A stretch of DNA of 63,462 bases, filler included, from Choristocarpus tenellus KU-1152 (Eukaryota; Protista; Phaeophyceae): assembly GCA_964200185.2 (NCBI GenBank). It is 8 parts of 8 records of this genome, joined end to end, with 100 filler letters (N's around TTAATTAATTAA, not from the genome) between each part and the next. Parts side by side here need not be neighbours in the genome. Positions count along the whole stretch, not along the records: positions 33,654 to 59,257 come from CAXNAD020000183.1; positions 59,358 to 63,462 come from CAXNAD020016184.1; 6 more parts are not named here. One strand, written 5' to 3'. Shown piece after piece: positions 52,293-63,462 of the stretch. The position numbers and the translations under genes were made by a program. The stretch's first letter is position 1. The number at the start of each line of letters is the position of its first letter. The notes under the pieces were generated by a model. That model did no database searches. It was not told the DNA's origin and was given only the letters and a program-made list of their open reading frames with translations.

Positions 52293-52963
52293 GTAGGTAG
52301 GTAGCTTTGCAGAGTAGAGCCAGTTTTTGATATTGTCACGCCCTCAATTGCACAATGGTAAGTTGTGCGAATTCTTGATAAATAGTTCCAAATAGAACTT
52401 TTGCAAAGAACATACAAAACGTTCTTCTGTTTTTTCATATCTCTTCAAGTACCAAGTAATATGGAATGAAATGGGCAATATCTTTCTTTGCAACCTACAC
52501 CACTCCACTCTTTGTTTGCACCCTCCTCTCGGATGTATCTTATTCATGAGCCATCCCTTGCTGCACTCAAGTCATTTGCTGCCCTCTTCTCTGTCCTCTC
52601 TATATAGCAATGATTATTGTAATGGTAGTATTGTTATTTTCCTTACCAACAGATGCCTTTCTTTGTAAAGTCCTTCACCGACCCAGGAAACAGCCTGGCT
52701 GCTCTGCAAGGGATTCCTGCAAAACGGTCGAGAGGATCTAGCTTGCAAAGCCTACTGGGAAATTCATGCCAGAGAAGAGGGTCGGAACCATCAAAGTCAC
52801 CAGAGTATTTCCCTCCTTTCTACTACCCCCGCCCCTGCATCTCCTACCTCCATCTCCCATGAGGTTCCTATCCCTATTAACGACTCTTTGGGAGCACCTG
52901 GACATACTTCTTCTGGCCACTTGTTACCAATCCCAACACCGCCTCCAACCCGCTTCCTTGAAG

Positions 52964-53189
52964 GGATGATGAGAGGGCTAGGGCGTTGTCCGAGGGAGGG
53001 GCTGGCCATACTGAAGCATGTTCTCGGTTCCCATGGGAGTAGTGGGGGAGTGAGGGCGGGGGGTGGAGCAGGGGTAGAGGGAGGAGAAGGTGGGGGAGTG
53101 GGGGTGATGAGGCTGTGGGTGTTGCTGTTGGAGTCTTGTGCTGTTCTGGGGAATCCGGAGGGTGCGGATTTGGTACTGAAAGCAGCAAG
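52964..53189 (+). CDS. PPR protein exon
   Basis: AAG/GT; GMMRGLG...LWVLLLESCAVLGNPEGADLVL. Confidence 0.75.
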
Positions 53190-53842
53190 GTGGGTATGTT
53201 GTTTGTCTTGTGTGTATGAATGGTTGTGTGTGTTTTGTGTAGAAGTGAAGGTGGAGGGAGTGTTGTTTGTATGTAGATGCTTGTGTTTGTGTGTGTGTGC
53301 ACCAGAAAATGTGATACTTATGGAGATGGGTGGAAACACATGAATAGTACATTGCATTTATTATCACATACTTTAAAGTATTAATTTATTTACTTTGTAA
53401 AATGTTTTGAGGCATTTTCAGTTTTGAAGTATGTAGTACCTGGGTATGTGTATATGCATCCCATAAATGTTTATGTGTGTAGGGATGTTTGTGATTCATG
53501 CTAAGACTATTTCTTTTAGTCACAATATTATGTATTAGGGGTCATTCTGTGAAGAGTAGCATGTATGCCAAAAAAAATTGATGAGGTGTTTACCCCCCCA
53601 AATCTTTTATCTCCTCAATCTTATAATATTCCAGGTTATAGATTGTTATAGATACCAGTTCTATGCTAGCTAGGTGGTATGATAAGGACAGTATTTTGCA
53701 CAGGAGACAACCTCCCATCTCTCTCGTCCTTGTCTACAACTCTGTTTGAATGTAAGAAGAGCACACACTAATGCTGTACCCTATCTTCACCTCCCCCTTC
53801 TTGGTGTAACTATAAAATATGTACCCATCATTTTTTACCAAG

Positions 53843-53984
53843 GTATGGGCCGCTTGTTGAAGCAGTGGGTGTGACTTTCCCGACATCAATAGCCTCTGTG
53901 GTCACCCCCATGTTGATGGCCTGCTGCTCTGGTGTAGGGGGAATTACAGGTGCCAATGAGAGACTCAAGAGGTGGCAAGATGAG
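53843..53984 (+). CDS. PPR protein exon (last one located; stop not found)
   Basis: AAG/GTGA; ...VVTPMLMACCSG...ANERLKRWQDE; phase 2-0. Confidence 0.65.
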
Positions 53985-55259
53985 GTGACGATGAAAAATA
54001 TTAGTCGCTATTGCTAGATGTGAAGAAATGAATATTTGTACCTATCGTCAGACAAGCCAAGCATTGTGGACGTACCTGTCTGTACAGCCCCAGGCAAGGA
54101 GAGTGGGTAAGAGTGCATGGGCAGGGATGATGTGAAGAGGTCACACTTAAAACTTGTGTTGCATGTAGTGTAATGGATGCATTTGTAATTTCTGTGTAGT
54201 TGCTAGTCACCTATCAAGTCACCTATCAATGTCTAAGGTATGTAATACTTCTCTAGAGAGGGTCAGGGCCCCTCTGCCTTCTATTGGTGAGTATATTCTT
54301 CAATTTTGAACATGAAAATGCCCTTTCTTCGGAGCCATTGTGAGTCTGGTTGCAAAAGGACAGTTGACAGGATCGTTCTTGGTGGAATTTCTCCACAAGC
54401 CATTTGTTTCGATCATTGAGATGCTTTTTGTCATACATCTTGTAGCTGAACAGCTTGTCTTTCTGGGGAACTGGCACCCCAAATACACCGACTTCCAGCC
54501 CTCATCATCAAATGATAGTTGCAGGTTGCCCCCGATCTTGGTTGTGTTGGAAAGCTGGTGTTCCTCACAACATGATGCATGTCATGTGATATTGTGATTC
54601 CGAAGGGAATTTAGTGGTTTTAGCTCCTGGAGTGAACTGACAGTACTTACGGAGCAGAGAGAGTACAACTCTATCCAACCTGTGCTCAACATCTGTTAAC
54701 GCAAATGGAAGTCTGAATTCGAGTTGTTTCATGGTCTCCCAGCTCATCCTCATTAGCTGCCACTCCGAGGTTGTGGAGGATTCTCAAGAGTAGATCAACG
54801 CTTGCTTATGTTGGCTGCAAGAGCAAAACCTTGATTTATGATTGTTTGTTCTTCTAACCACCTTTCTGATTCATTGCGGGTCCTCAATTCGGGGAAATTA
54901 GTCAATAGGTGGGATTATGTGTGGGAGACCTATTCTGAAATTGTGTCAGTCAAAACCAGTGACTGGGATCTTCTGAACCCTTGAACATGTAGTATGAACA
55001 GCATGGATGGGTTGGGGTGGAGGATGGTGAGAAACCCTGCAGGGGTACATTTCCCTACAGGTGCTATGCCACCATGCAGAAAACGTGACTGGCTTTTGCA
55101 GAACACCAGTGCCCAATTATCCGCAGGATTCTGCAGCTAGGAGTTAGAGGTTGCTGATGAGCTGTGACCTTCCAGCCCCCTTAGCGTGAGCAGGGTGCAT
55201 ACAGAGTAGTCTCCAGATTGCAAGAAGGGAAAGAGAAGGGTCTTGAGGGAGAAGGAGGG

Positions 55260-57480
55260 ACGGACCGTCCCACAATTTGTATACAATCTGTCTTGATATG
55301 TTAGGATTTTCGGATCAGATAGTTAAATGTAGCCACTTCAATTGTTTGAACCATGGCTGCGAAATGGGAAGAATGGAGTGGGTTGTGACATGGTATTGAT
55401 GCAACAGGATTGGGCTCATGCATTCAATGTGATTGGACTTCAAGAGATAAGGTATGATGAGATTTCTAGCCTTGGATTCTCTGATCCCAAATACAGGGTA
55501 TTTGCTGGTGGGGGTGTGGATAGAAAGGGTATCTGTATGGGGTAGGTTTGGCAGGGAGTCACTCCTCAAACAGGCTGCCTATGAAGTAGAGTATCTAGAT
55601 GAGTGGGTGACGAAGGACTGGTTCCTGATGGCAGGCAGTTCAACTGGGGTTATATTTGTTGTGGGATATGCCTCAACAGAACAGGTCGTAGAGACAGGCA
55701 ATGATTTCTGGAAGATGCAAACCGTGGTGCAGCAGACCCCCACCAAGTACAAGCTATTTGTCTGATAGATCCAAACAACAGAATTAAGGTACAAGGAGGA
55801 ACACAACAGCAGGATGCTTGTGGCATACAACACGTGATCGACCTGACGCATGAGAATATAGTCAAGACAAAGGTACCCAATCTCCCCCTAGTTGCCCAAG
55901 CATGTATGGGACCCTTTCCCCTTGGTATTCTGAAACACATGTTGACTGGTGCAAGTCTGTTCATCACTGCGAACATCAACAGGTGCTCACCATAATATTC
56001 AACACATCTTCTTGTTCGTATGAATTGTGAAGGCGTAAACCATTCAGCCAACAGAATCAGACAAGTGTATTTTATCAACTCTTCTTGACTGTTTTGCTAC
56101 CGATCATAAGATGTATCTGGATGGAAAGAGGCGAACTTTTCTCAACTGACAAGCCCTGATGTCTACTTGCCTCTTGAGATCTGAACTAGTACGTGTGGTT
56201 GCTGGAGAAATCCTCAGAGGAGGCGTTGACAAGAAAGATAAACCTTTGTATTTACCAGTCACAGTAGCAATCTTGTACAGAGTCCATTTGTTGGAAGCTG
56301 AATCAAACGTTCCTGTCACCTCCGACACAGAAGGTGTTGCCAGGTGGGTGGTGTGCCAGCAACTAAGTTCATGTAGACTCCCTTGAGCTCTGGGAGGAAC
56401 GAGGAAGGGCATGGAAACAATAGCACTCAGGCCTGCAAAATGCTATTTTCAAAAAGGTGTTGAAGACGGCCGGCAAGCAGATCAAACGGGTGTGCGTGTC
56501 TACCTTACAGGAGCTTTTTGACACCTACACCAGAGACGTGGTAAACCTTACCAATCATGGGGGCCAAGCTGGTTTCTACCAACAACCGAAAGGGTGAAGG
56601 ACGGTGTCAGATCCAAAGTTGGAGACCATGTGTATTAACCTCCCCATAAGGTCGCAATTAGACAAATCTGTTGGGTCAGAACTACAACCAGACTGACAAG
56701 TTTGTTTACCTTGGAGAAACTTCAGTGATGAAGCTCTTATCACTACCCTTCTCAAGGGTTCTAAAAGTTTGAAGTTGTTTCCGATTATGCAGCCAACTGT
56801 TGTATGATCGGATCTCAGGTCTATGTATCACCTGAGCTGAAGTAGTTGAGGTTCTGTTATATGGTTGTATGGCATGGACACTCCGCCAGGTTCGCTGTAT
56901 GAAGCTTCGCTCCTACCAGCATATACCTCTCCTAAACTGCTCCAGATTTCGCAATGGGAACACACTAGTCACACACTGTCGTATATAGATGCCCTGTGAA
57001 GACTGGGTGTGAAAGTATCGAGGTGACTGGATGAAAATGGAGACTCCTATTCGCAGGGTCAGTTGCACACATGAGAGATTTCCAAGGTGTTGATGTTCCG
57101 GGAGGTTGCTGATGGAAAATGGAAGCAAGGTGGACACCAGAAGAACTAATGGATGAGCACCACCTTGAGAATTTTGGGATCACAGTTGAAAGATGGAGCA
57201 CAGCAGCAACCAACCAACAGAGGTGTTCTGAGTAGATGGTGGCGCAACTGGTTTAATGACAGATTGGCATTCCAAGGGAGCTGTGGTAGCTAATGTACAT
57301 CATGCTGAAGTAGCAGCTAGGCAACCCCAAATACCACTACCACTGTCTGCTGAATGCTGCTATCTCCTGGAATTTCTCTTTTGGGTCGGTTTTTCTTGCA
57401 TCCGTCTTTTTCCCTTCCCTTTTGCTTCCTTCCTTTTTAGTGTCCTTTGTTTGACATGCAATGAGTGGTGTTTTTTCAGA
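55260..57480 (+). mobile_element. Degenerate RTE-clade LINE with the RT core apparently deleted
   Basis: AP-endonuclease motifs NVIGLQEIR and FVVGYAST. RT C-terminal motifs QTDKFVYLG, EVLLYGCMAWTL and KTGCESIE. Many frameshifts. Confidence 0.85.
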
Positions 57481-57789
57481 TGCATGGGCCTGATGTGACT
57501 CAAGACCTTTTCTTGGATGCTAGTGTGTCACACCTAGATTCTCTTGTTAACCTCATAGATACACTGAATTCCTTCTACCTTTTGCTTGGTGTTCTTTTTT
57601 ATTCTATTTTTCTTTATCCTCTTACTGCGTAGTCATTTTTTTTCTTTTGTGATACTTGTATTTGTCAGTTTGTGTTGCTCTTGACTACCTTTGGACCACA
57701 GATCTGGGACCCATCAGACTGACACAAGAAATATAACAATACAGTCCAGAGTAATGTAGTACTCCAGAGTAGTAATTTTTCAAGTGATG

Positions 57790-59135
57790 AAAATGAATTT
57801 ATGGATCAGAAAGAGCCAGACTTCGAGCTGGAGTCAAGGGGCTTTGTGTTGCAGGAACTTGATATCGGGCTGGTTCAGAAAACTACAGAGGAGGCAAGAT
57901 TTGTTCTGGAGCCTGGAGCCTGGAGCCTGGAGCCTGGAGCCTGGAGCCTGGGAAAATGACACCTTTATGGAGGTTGATACAAAGGAGGGTTCTGAAGGAA
58001 ACTTTGATGCGAAGAAGGATGGGCCAGAAAGAATGGCGGAAAGGAGCATAGGCAATTTTGATCTGATGTCATAGAAAGAGAGTGGGAGAGATACATTGTG
58101 TGACTTGCTGACCAGAACATCAATCCACCATCTTAGCTAGGTGGATCATTTGAGCATCAACTGACGTACAAAAATAGACTGTTTTGCTTGTGGGTGTGTA
58201 AGTGAGTTCATTTCCACCAGAACCTGGGATGATACAGGAAGGAAATGAGTTGAAGGAATGGCATCTGTGGAATGGGGCGGTAAAGGAGGAAGTGGTCTTG
58301 GACAACAAATGAGTGCAGATCCAAATAGCTTCCACATCTAATACATGTTTATCGGAAAAACAAAGGGGGTGAAAAATGGAGTGTGTAAAGGTGCAAGGGG
58401 GGCTAGAGCTCTAGGGTGATGAGGAATCAAAAGGTTGGAACTAGTATTTTAAATACACATGGAAGGATGTATGAAATATGAATGTTCTCATAGGGTAAGG
58501 AGAAGTGCCACATATGATACTTTATAATACCTCCCAGGGTGTGGAAACCCTTTATACTTTTTGGTTCTTTCTGGCCTATTGAAGCCAATTGTGCATTTAT
58601 TTAAATTGTCCATGGGACAAGCCTCCTTGTCGTGCATCTGGAAGTACGTATGTGCAAGTATGACAAAACCCTATAATACGTGTGCTATGTAGGTATGAAG
58701 GATGAACTTGCAAACTTACCATCTTAGGCTGGGACATTTGCAATAGACCAGAACCTGTATATTGGCAACCTAGCCCAGCAAATTGGGACTACAAGCAAAC
58801 TACCAATAGTCACCATGGGGGAGGACAACTAGGGGCCTGTTTCGGCAGTTTACAGATTTATGTTTGCAGGGATTAATATGGGCAACTCTTATGACTGGGC
58901 CGGATATGTCTTTGCAGTTTGCGAGTTGGCATTGCATATTGAGGATCCAAGATTGGCTGGTTGGTTGGATGCTGAGAATGTAGTAGGGTATCTGTTCGAT
59001 ACTGGAGAGAAAATTTTTTCTTTCGGAGGTTTTGGAATGTATGGAAATAGACCAAGAGACCAGGTGATTGGCGATTCTGATGCTCATTGTGTCATTACAT
59101 GGAGAGCAGATTATCCTTTTTGGGTGGAGGTGTGA
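57790..59135 (+). mobile_element. Degenerate Ty1/copia RT fragment
   Basis: LWNGAVKEE; LLVVHLE; GTFAIDQNLYI; LIWATLMTGPD / FAVCELALHIEDP...VVGYLFDT...IGDSDA (RT to RNase H junction). Confidence 0.75.
57907..57951. repeat. 7-bp tandem repeat x6 (CTGGAGC)
   Basis: Read directly. Confidence 0.95.
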
Positions 59136-59221
59136 TTTTGGAGGACATATTGACTTGTAATCGTGAACGTATAAAATAGCTGAATTATTAACTGCTGAGG
59201 GAACTAGGGATGAGTGTCTAA

Positions 59222-59257
59222 GACCCAAAGTATCTGGGAGGGGGGGGGGGGCGTACA
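59222..59257 (+). mobile_element. Sola2-like MITE family B start, cut by a gap
   Basis: CAAAGTATCTGGGAG + poly-G. Confidence 0.55.
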
Positions 59258-60014
59258 NNNNNNNNNNNNNNNNNNNNNNNNNNNNNNNNNNNNNNNNNNN
59301 NTTAATTAATTAANNNNNNNNNNNNNNNNNNNNNNNNNNNNNNNNNNNNNNNNNNNNGGGGCAATAGTTGAGTGGGGTCATCTTTTTGTACGTTCGAGGA
59401 GGGGGGGGCATTCGTACCAACTAGCGTGTTTTCTATTGCTGGAAAAAACGTGCGTGTACCACAACCAACATCTGCATGAACACACAATTTAACGTCTCAC
59501 ACGAGGTCTCATCTCGCACTTCTTTCAAGTAATTAGTTCGAAGTGTTTGGGTTCGAACATGTAGAGTTTTGTCGTCAGGAAAAACTAGTTCGGCGTATTT
59601 TTTTAGTTTGAGTACATACTGTGCTGTTGCTGTCGGCACTATTAAAGCTGATTAAAAATAGAACAAGCAATGCGTTGATGGACACTGTATTCAACGGGGA
59701 TTCCTGACAGAATGGGTAAAAATGTTCGTGTGTGTTGTCATATTCAGATTGTGAAATAAATTATAGTATCGGGTATTAGGAGAAGAATATGATCGAGCCC
59801 CTCTCAACACACAAACATGTAAAATTCTTCAAGATGAATTTTGTACCTCAACCAGGGTTTTTCCGAATCCATCCCAAAATCCCAATGCTATGCACCGCTG
59901 AAAGTAAAATATGAATTTTAGTATCACTGCTACGAAGCGAAAATATTTTATGGGAAGGATGTACCTAAAAAGAGAAGATGAAGGATGAGAAACCCCATTT
60001 GTTGATTACAAAGG

Positions 60015-60190
60015 AGTAGACAGGGTAAGATGAGGTATGACAATTAATATCCCGTCTGATGTTTAAATCGAAGTAAATGGGGTAAGATCGACTCTCACAA
60101 CAATAGTCCATGTCTTGTGAAATACGAAGTAAAACGGGTAAGATCAAGTAGCACATGAATTCCATCTGCTGTTTAAAGCGAAGTAAGCGG
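60015..60190. repeat. Diverged ~56-bp tandem repeat x3
   Basis: GGGTAAGAT at 60023, 60080 and 60136; CGAAGTAA at 60069, 60125 and 60179. Confidence 0.8.
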
Positions 60191-60229
60191 CGAAATTTCA
60201 GTCTCTCAATAATCGTTGCTCGTGGGGCA

Positions 60230-60551
60230 TGTGGGATGGGGATCATTACTAGAGAAGGCAAAATACTTCACAGATGCGGTGTCCACCACATCCCTTTGGT
60301 CCTGATTACATCGTACTGACCTTTCACTTCGTGTTGGCCTTGTCCGAAGACTCAGTGTGGTCTTCGTCGTCGTTCTCTTCGGTTGTTGTCCTCCTCGATA
60401 TTGGGTTTGACTCCCCCGCCATGCAAGTGGCAAGGATGAAGTCATCGGTCATTAGATTCTTGGCCCTGAATACCGTGTACTTCGCCTTTATCCTCTCAAT
60501 AATTTCATCCTTCGTTGTGCCGTTGGGGGTCAAGAGTCCAAGACAGTGCAC
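60230..60551 (-). mobile_element. Possible copia gag remnant
   Basis: TTKDEIIERIKAKY followed by a decayed Zn-knuckle-like stretch; weak. Confidence 0.35.
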
Positions 60552-60999
60552 CTAGCTGCTCAAACGAGGTGTGTGCTGACAAGCCCAAACAGAAAGGAAG
60601 CAGAACAGGTCCACCTCAAGTATGATTCTTCAGTGGGAACAATTTACAATACACCCCATCCAACGAGAGTCAATCATGATGACCTCAAAGAAGCAAGAAC
60701 CACTTTCCAGGGTTTCTCGACAGGATATGAGATAGAGGACTGAGACCAAGAATCGTTGGTGGTTCTGACAAGAGCTGGGGCAAGAGTTCACGAATGATCA
60801 GCATCAGTGAATCGAGATGTCGCCTGTCGCCAAGACTCTCGACCAGAGATGTGGCACTGGAGGGTGTCCTCTGGCTCAGAAACTACGAAAGGCCCTTGGC
60901 GAAACTTTCAATCTGAGATGTATAGCCAATGGAGTCTCTCAGACGCGGTCAACTTGAAAGATCTGTTACAGGCGAATAGCATGTCTGCCTTTTCGCACT

Positions 61000-61835
61000 C
61001 TAACCAGTGTGAAAAGTCTTGCTATGATTTACAGATTTTTATGTTATTGCTAGACATTTTGTCTGTGTTTGTCGAGGGATTATTCTTGTGTCTTGTACTT
61101 GTTTGTGTTGACAGTTCTGAAGCAAGAGAGTCTTGCTATGACACTCCCTATTTTTCTGAGTCTTTTGTTTTTATGTTCATAGTTCCTAGAGAAGGTAAGC
61201 CTTTACATGGCAGCACCCTACCTCTGTGCGACTGTGAGGCAATTGTGTTGGTGTCCTATAGTTGTTTGTGTTTAGTTCTGAAGGGGGAGAGTCTATGACA
61301 ACACCCTGTTTCAGTGCTATTGTAATTTTGTATCCATATTCAATTTTGTTGATATTTGTGAGGGGGAAAGTCTTATGGGTTGAGCAAGCCTTCATATGTC
61401 AGGACCTTGTTTTTGTTTGTGACCGTGAGACATCTTGGTGTCCAATAATTTGTGTTTATAGCTGTGAAGGGGGACAGTCTAAGCAGTACCCTATTTCAGT
61501 GCTATTGTAATTTTTTGCCTGTGTTTATTTTTGCTGATAGTTGTGAAGAGGGAGAGACTTGCTGAAATGCTCTCTATTGTTATTTTTGATTGTAAGATGT
61601 TTGATTTTTTTTGTATATATTCATAGCTTCTAGCAAGAGTAAACCTTTCCATGATAGCACCCAATTTCTTTTGTGACTGTGAGTCATGATCTTAGTGATC
61701 TGTCGTTGCTGTGTTTTAGTTCTGAAAGGGGAGAGTCCATGGCAGCACCCAAGTTCAGTGCTACTATGATTTTGTCTGTATTTGTGTTTGTTTATCTTGG
61801 AAGGGGTGGAGTCTTTTTAGACAGTACCCTGCTTT
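61000..61835. repeat. Diverged higher-order tandem repeat (~445-bp period with shorter subunits)
   Basis: 61176-61331 resembles 61620-61775. The subunit GAAGGGGGAGAGTC...CACCC...TTCAGTGCTA recurs near 61280, 61466 and 61724. Confidence 0.75.
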
Positions 61836-63462
61836 TGACGTGCGTATGAGACTCTGGTGTAGGAGTTTTTCTTTTGAACGTTGAGTCAAATGCAGAGTGA
61901 GGGCTGTGAGGTGGGAGTGTCGCGCTAACATATCTGTTGTCAGGGCAAACGTTGGAAGGGGGTTTTTCCTCCAGGTTTCCTCCTCCACTGGATCCCCAAC
62001 GCTGCCTATTGATATGTTAGGACCTGGAAGTGACATTAATTTCATTTCAGCTGCGTTCATGATAGGATGAGGAGAGACATTATATTTCCTTGTTCAATCG
62101 CCCGTTTATCGCATTGAAGCAGTTATGCTTCATGCTAGGGGGGCATGTCACAGGCGATATGTCTTGATGGCGGTTTCATAAACGCCATTATGATATTGAA
62201 GTTCTAGATTTTATATATTTGTACTTGATTATTTATTAATTATTTGATCATTATGGTCCCCGATTGTATTGTGATAAGACATCGAGACCAGTTTCTTTAT
62301 ATGACGAAAATGACGATAATCCAAGTGAGAGATCCAGCATACTTGACGACTTGTGCATCAGGAGTCCTATAAGTACATCGGCATCATCTATACGACCGTG
62401 GATTGGAAACATACATCCTGGGGAGGTAAGTTTTCTGGGGCGCCTGCAACAGATCCTCAGTGAGAATATCAACCTGAGATGTGACACTGGGGGTGTTCCT
62501 CATACCTGCCCTCAACATTTCCATACAAACGTTTTTTTTTATTTCTCAATTGGATCACATCCTATCAGTCATTATAACACCATTATTAATAACTACAAAA
62601 TTAATTGCTCCACCTCCTTACTATTTACTTTTCTAAGGACTATTGGGTGATGAACTGGTTCTCGACCTAGTCTTGGTAATTTTTATGATGGCCCTGGATC
62701 GGTCACTTTAAAGCCACGCTTCACCAACGTAAGCCCAAGGTCAGCTCCTGTTGAAAACCTTAATGGTCCTGGACCAGGCCTGTGTAAACTCATTTCGCTG
62801 GGGGTCGACTCGTGCCTGATCGACTTGAAATTCTGACAATCTTGGGGTGGTCCCCGATTATTGTTTTTCACTTGTCACACATTTGTTGTGGATAATGATC
62901 CAGAACCGTGGTCAGAGGCACTACACACTGCACTACTTGTCATCATAACTACTAACTGGTGCACTACAACCAATTGTACTGACTCCATTGCCTTTGTTCC
63001 TGCCTGACTTCTCGTACTCCCCCCAGTCGTCGGTCCATCTCCTCCCTCAAATCTTCCCTGGACCCATCCTTAAGTTTCCACCTCGATCTTGATCTGGCGA
63101 TTTTGTGGTATAACATAGGATATTAGATACAAGGAAGTGTACACAACCCGTTGCACTTGTCATGTGCAACAGGTTCGAAACTAGATTTCTAAATCCATAT
63201 AGATGACCATTATTACGTTGTCATACAACCCACAACGCACCCCTATTAAATTTACTTAACAAAATCTTTGTTTTTATCACAATCATCCAATCAAACGACT
63301 CCAAAAACTTTCCTCTTACATAACATTTATGTAATACATGTTTGTCAACTATGGACAAAAAAACTTCTAGTTGGGGATAGTAATATTTATGAAAGTGTCA
63401 AAGGTGCCAAGTTCTTTTTTGCTCAAGGGGGCAATCACAATCACCGGACTGATCTCTTTCAC

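Noticed and set aside
52797-53367. Long Pro/Thr/His-rich minus-strand ORFs
   Set aside because: They are antisense shadows of a G-rich exon and GT-rich intron of the PPR gene.
54250-55250. Non-LTR RT remnant on the minus strand
   Set aside because: Only faint motif resemblance; it needs a profile search.
60015-60190. CRISPR array
   Set aside because: The context is eukaryotic, the repeats are degenerate, the spacers are related to each other and there are no cas genes.

Overview
Eukaryotic, intron-rich and repeat-dense nuclear DNA. It is most consistent with a brown alga or close relative, an inference from the gene families, intron style and TE types. The window holds 8 contigs joined by artificial 100-bp spacers (44 N + TTAATTAATTAA + 44 N) plus one 10-N gap, so linkage across spacers is unproven. 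Three host genes could be spliced by hand: (1) the 3' five exons of a polymorphic-membrane-protein (GGAI/FxxN repeat) gene with a Cys-rich stalk and multi-TM C-terminus (- strand, 8219-12214); (2) two exons of an MFS sugar-porter (+, 32317-33217); (3) a roughly 14-exon pentatricopeptide-repeat (PPR) gene (+, ~37138-53984, 3' end unresolved). The rest is largely decayed transposons: several Ty1/copia pieces, a Ty3/gypsy protease, an RTE-type LINE, pogo, DD39D-mariner and Sagan-like Tc1/mariner fragments, a hAT-like and a TA-TSD MITE, and a multi-copy ~260-bp MITE family with GAG...CTC ends and 4-bp TSDs (Sola2-like). Most notable observations: an unusually high share of AAG 3' splice sites together with G-rich/C-rich, partly complementary intron ends; the Sola2-like MITEs; and a CpG-decay signature between repeat copies. 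All protein-family calls come from motif recognition by eye; no searches were run.
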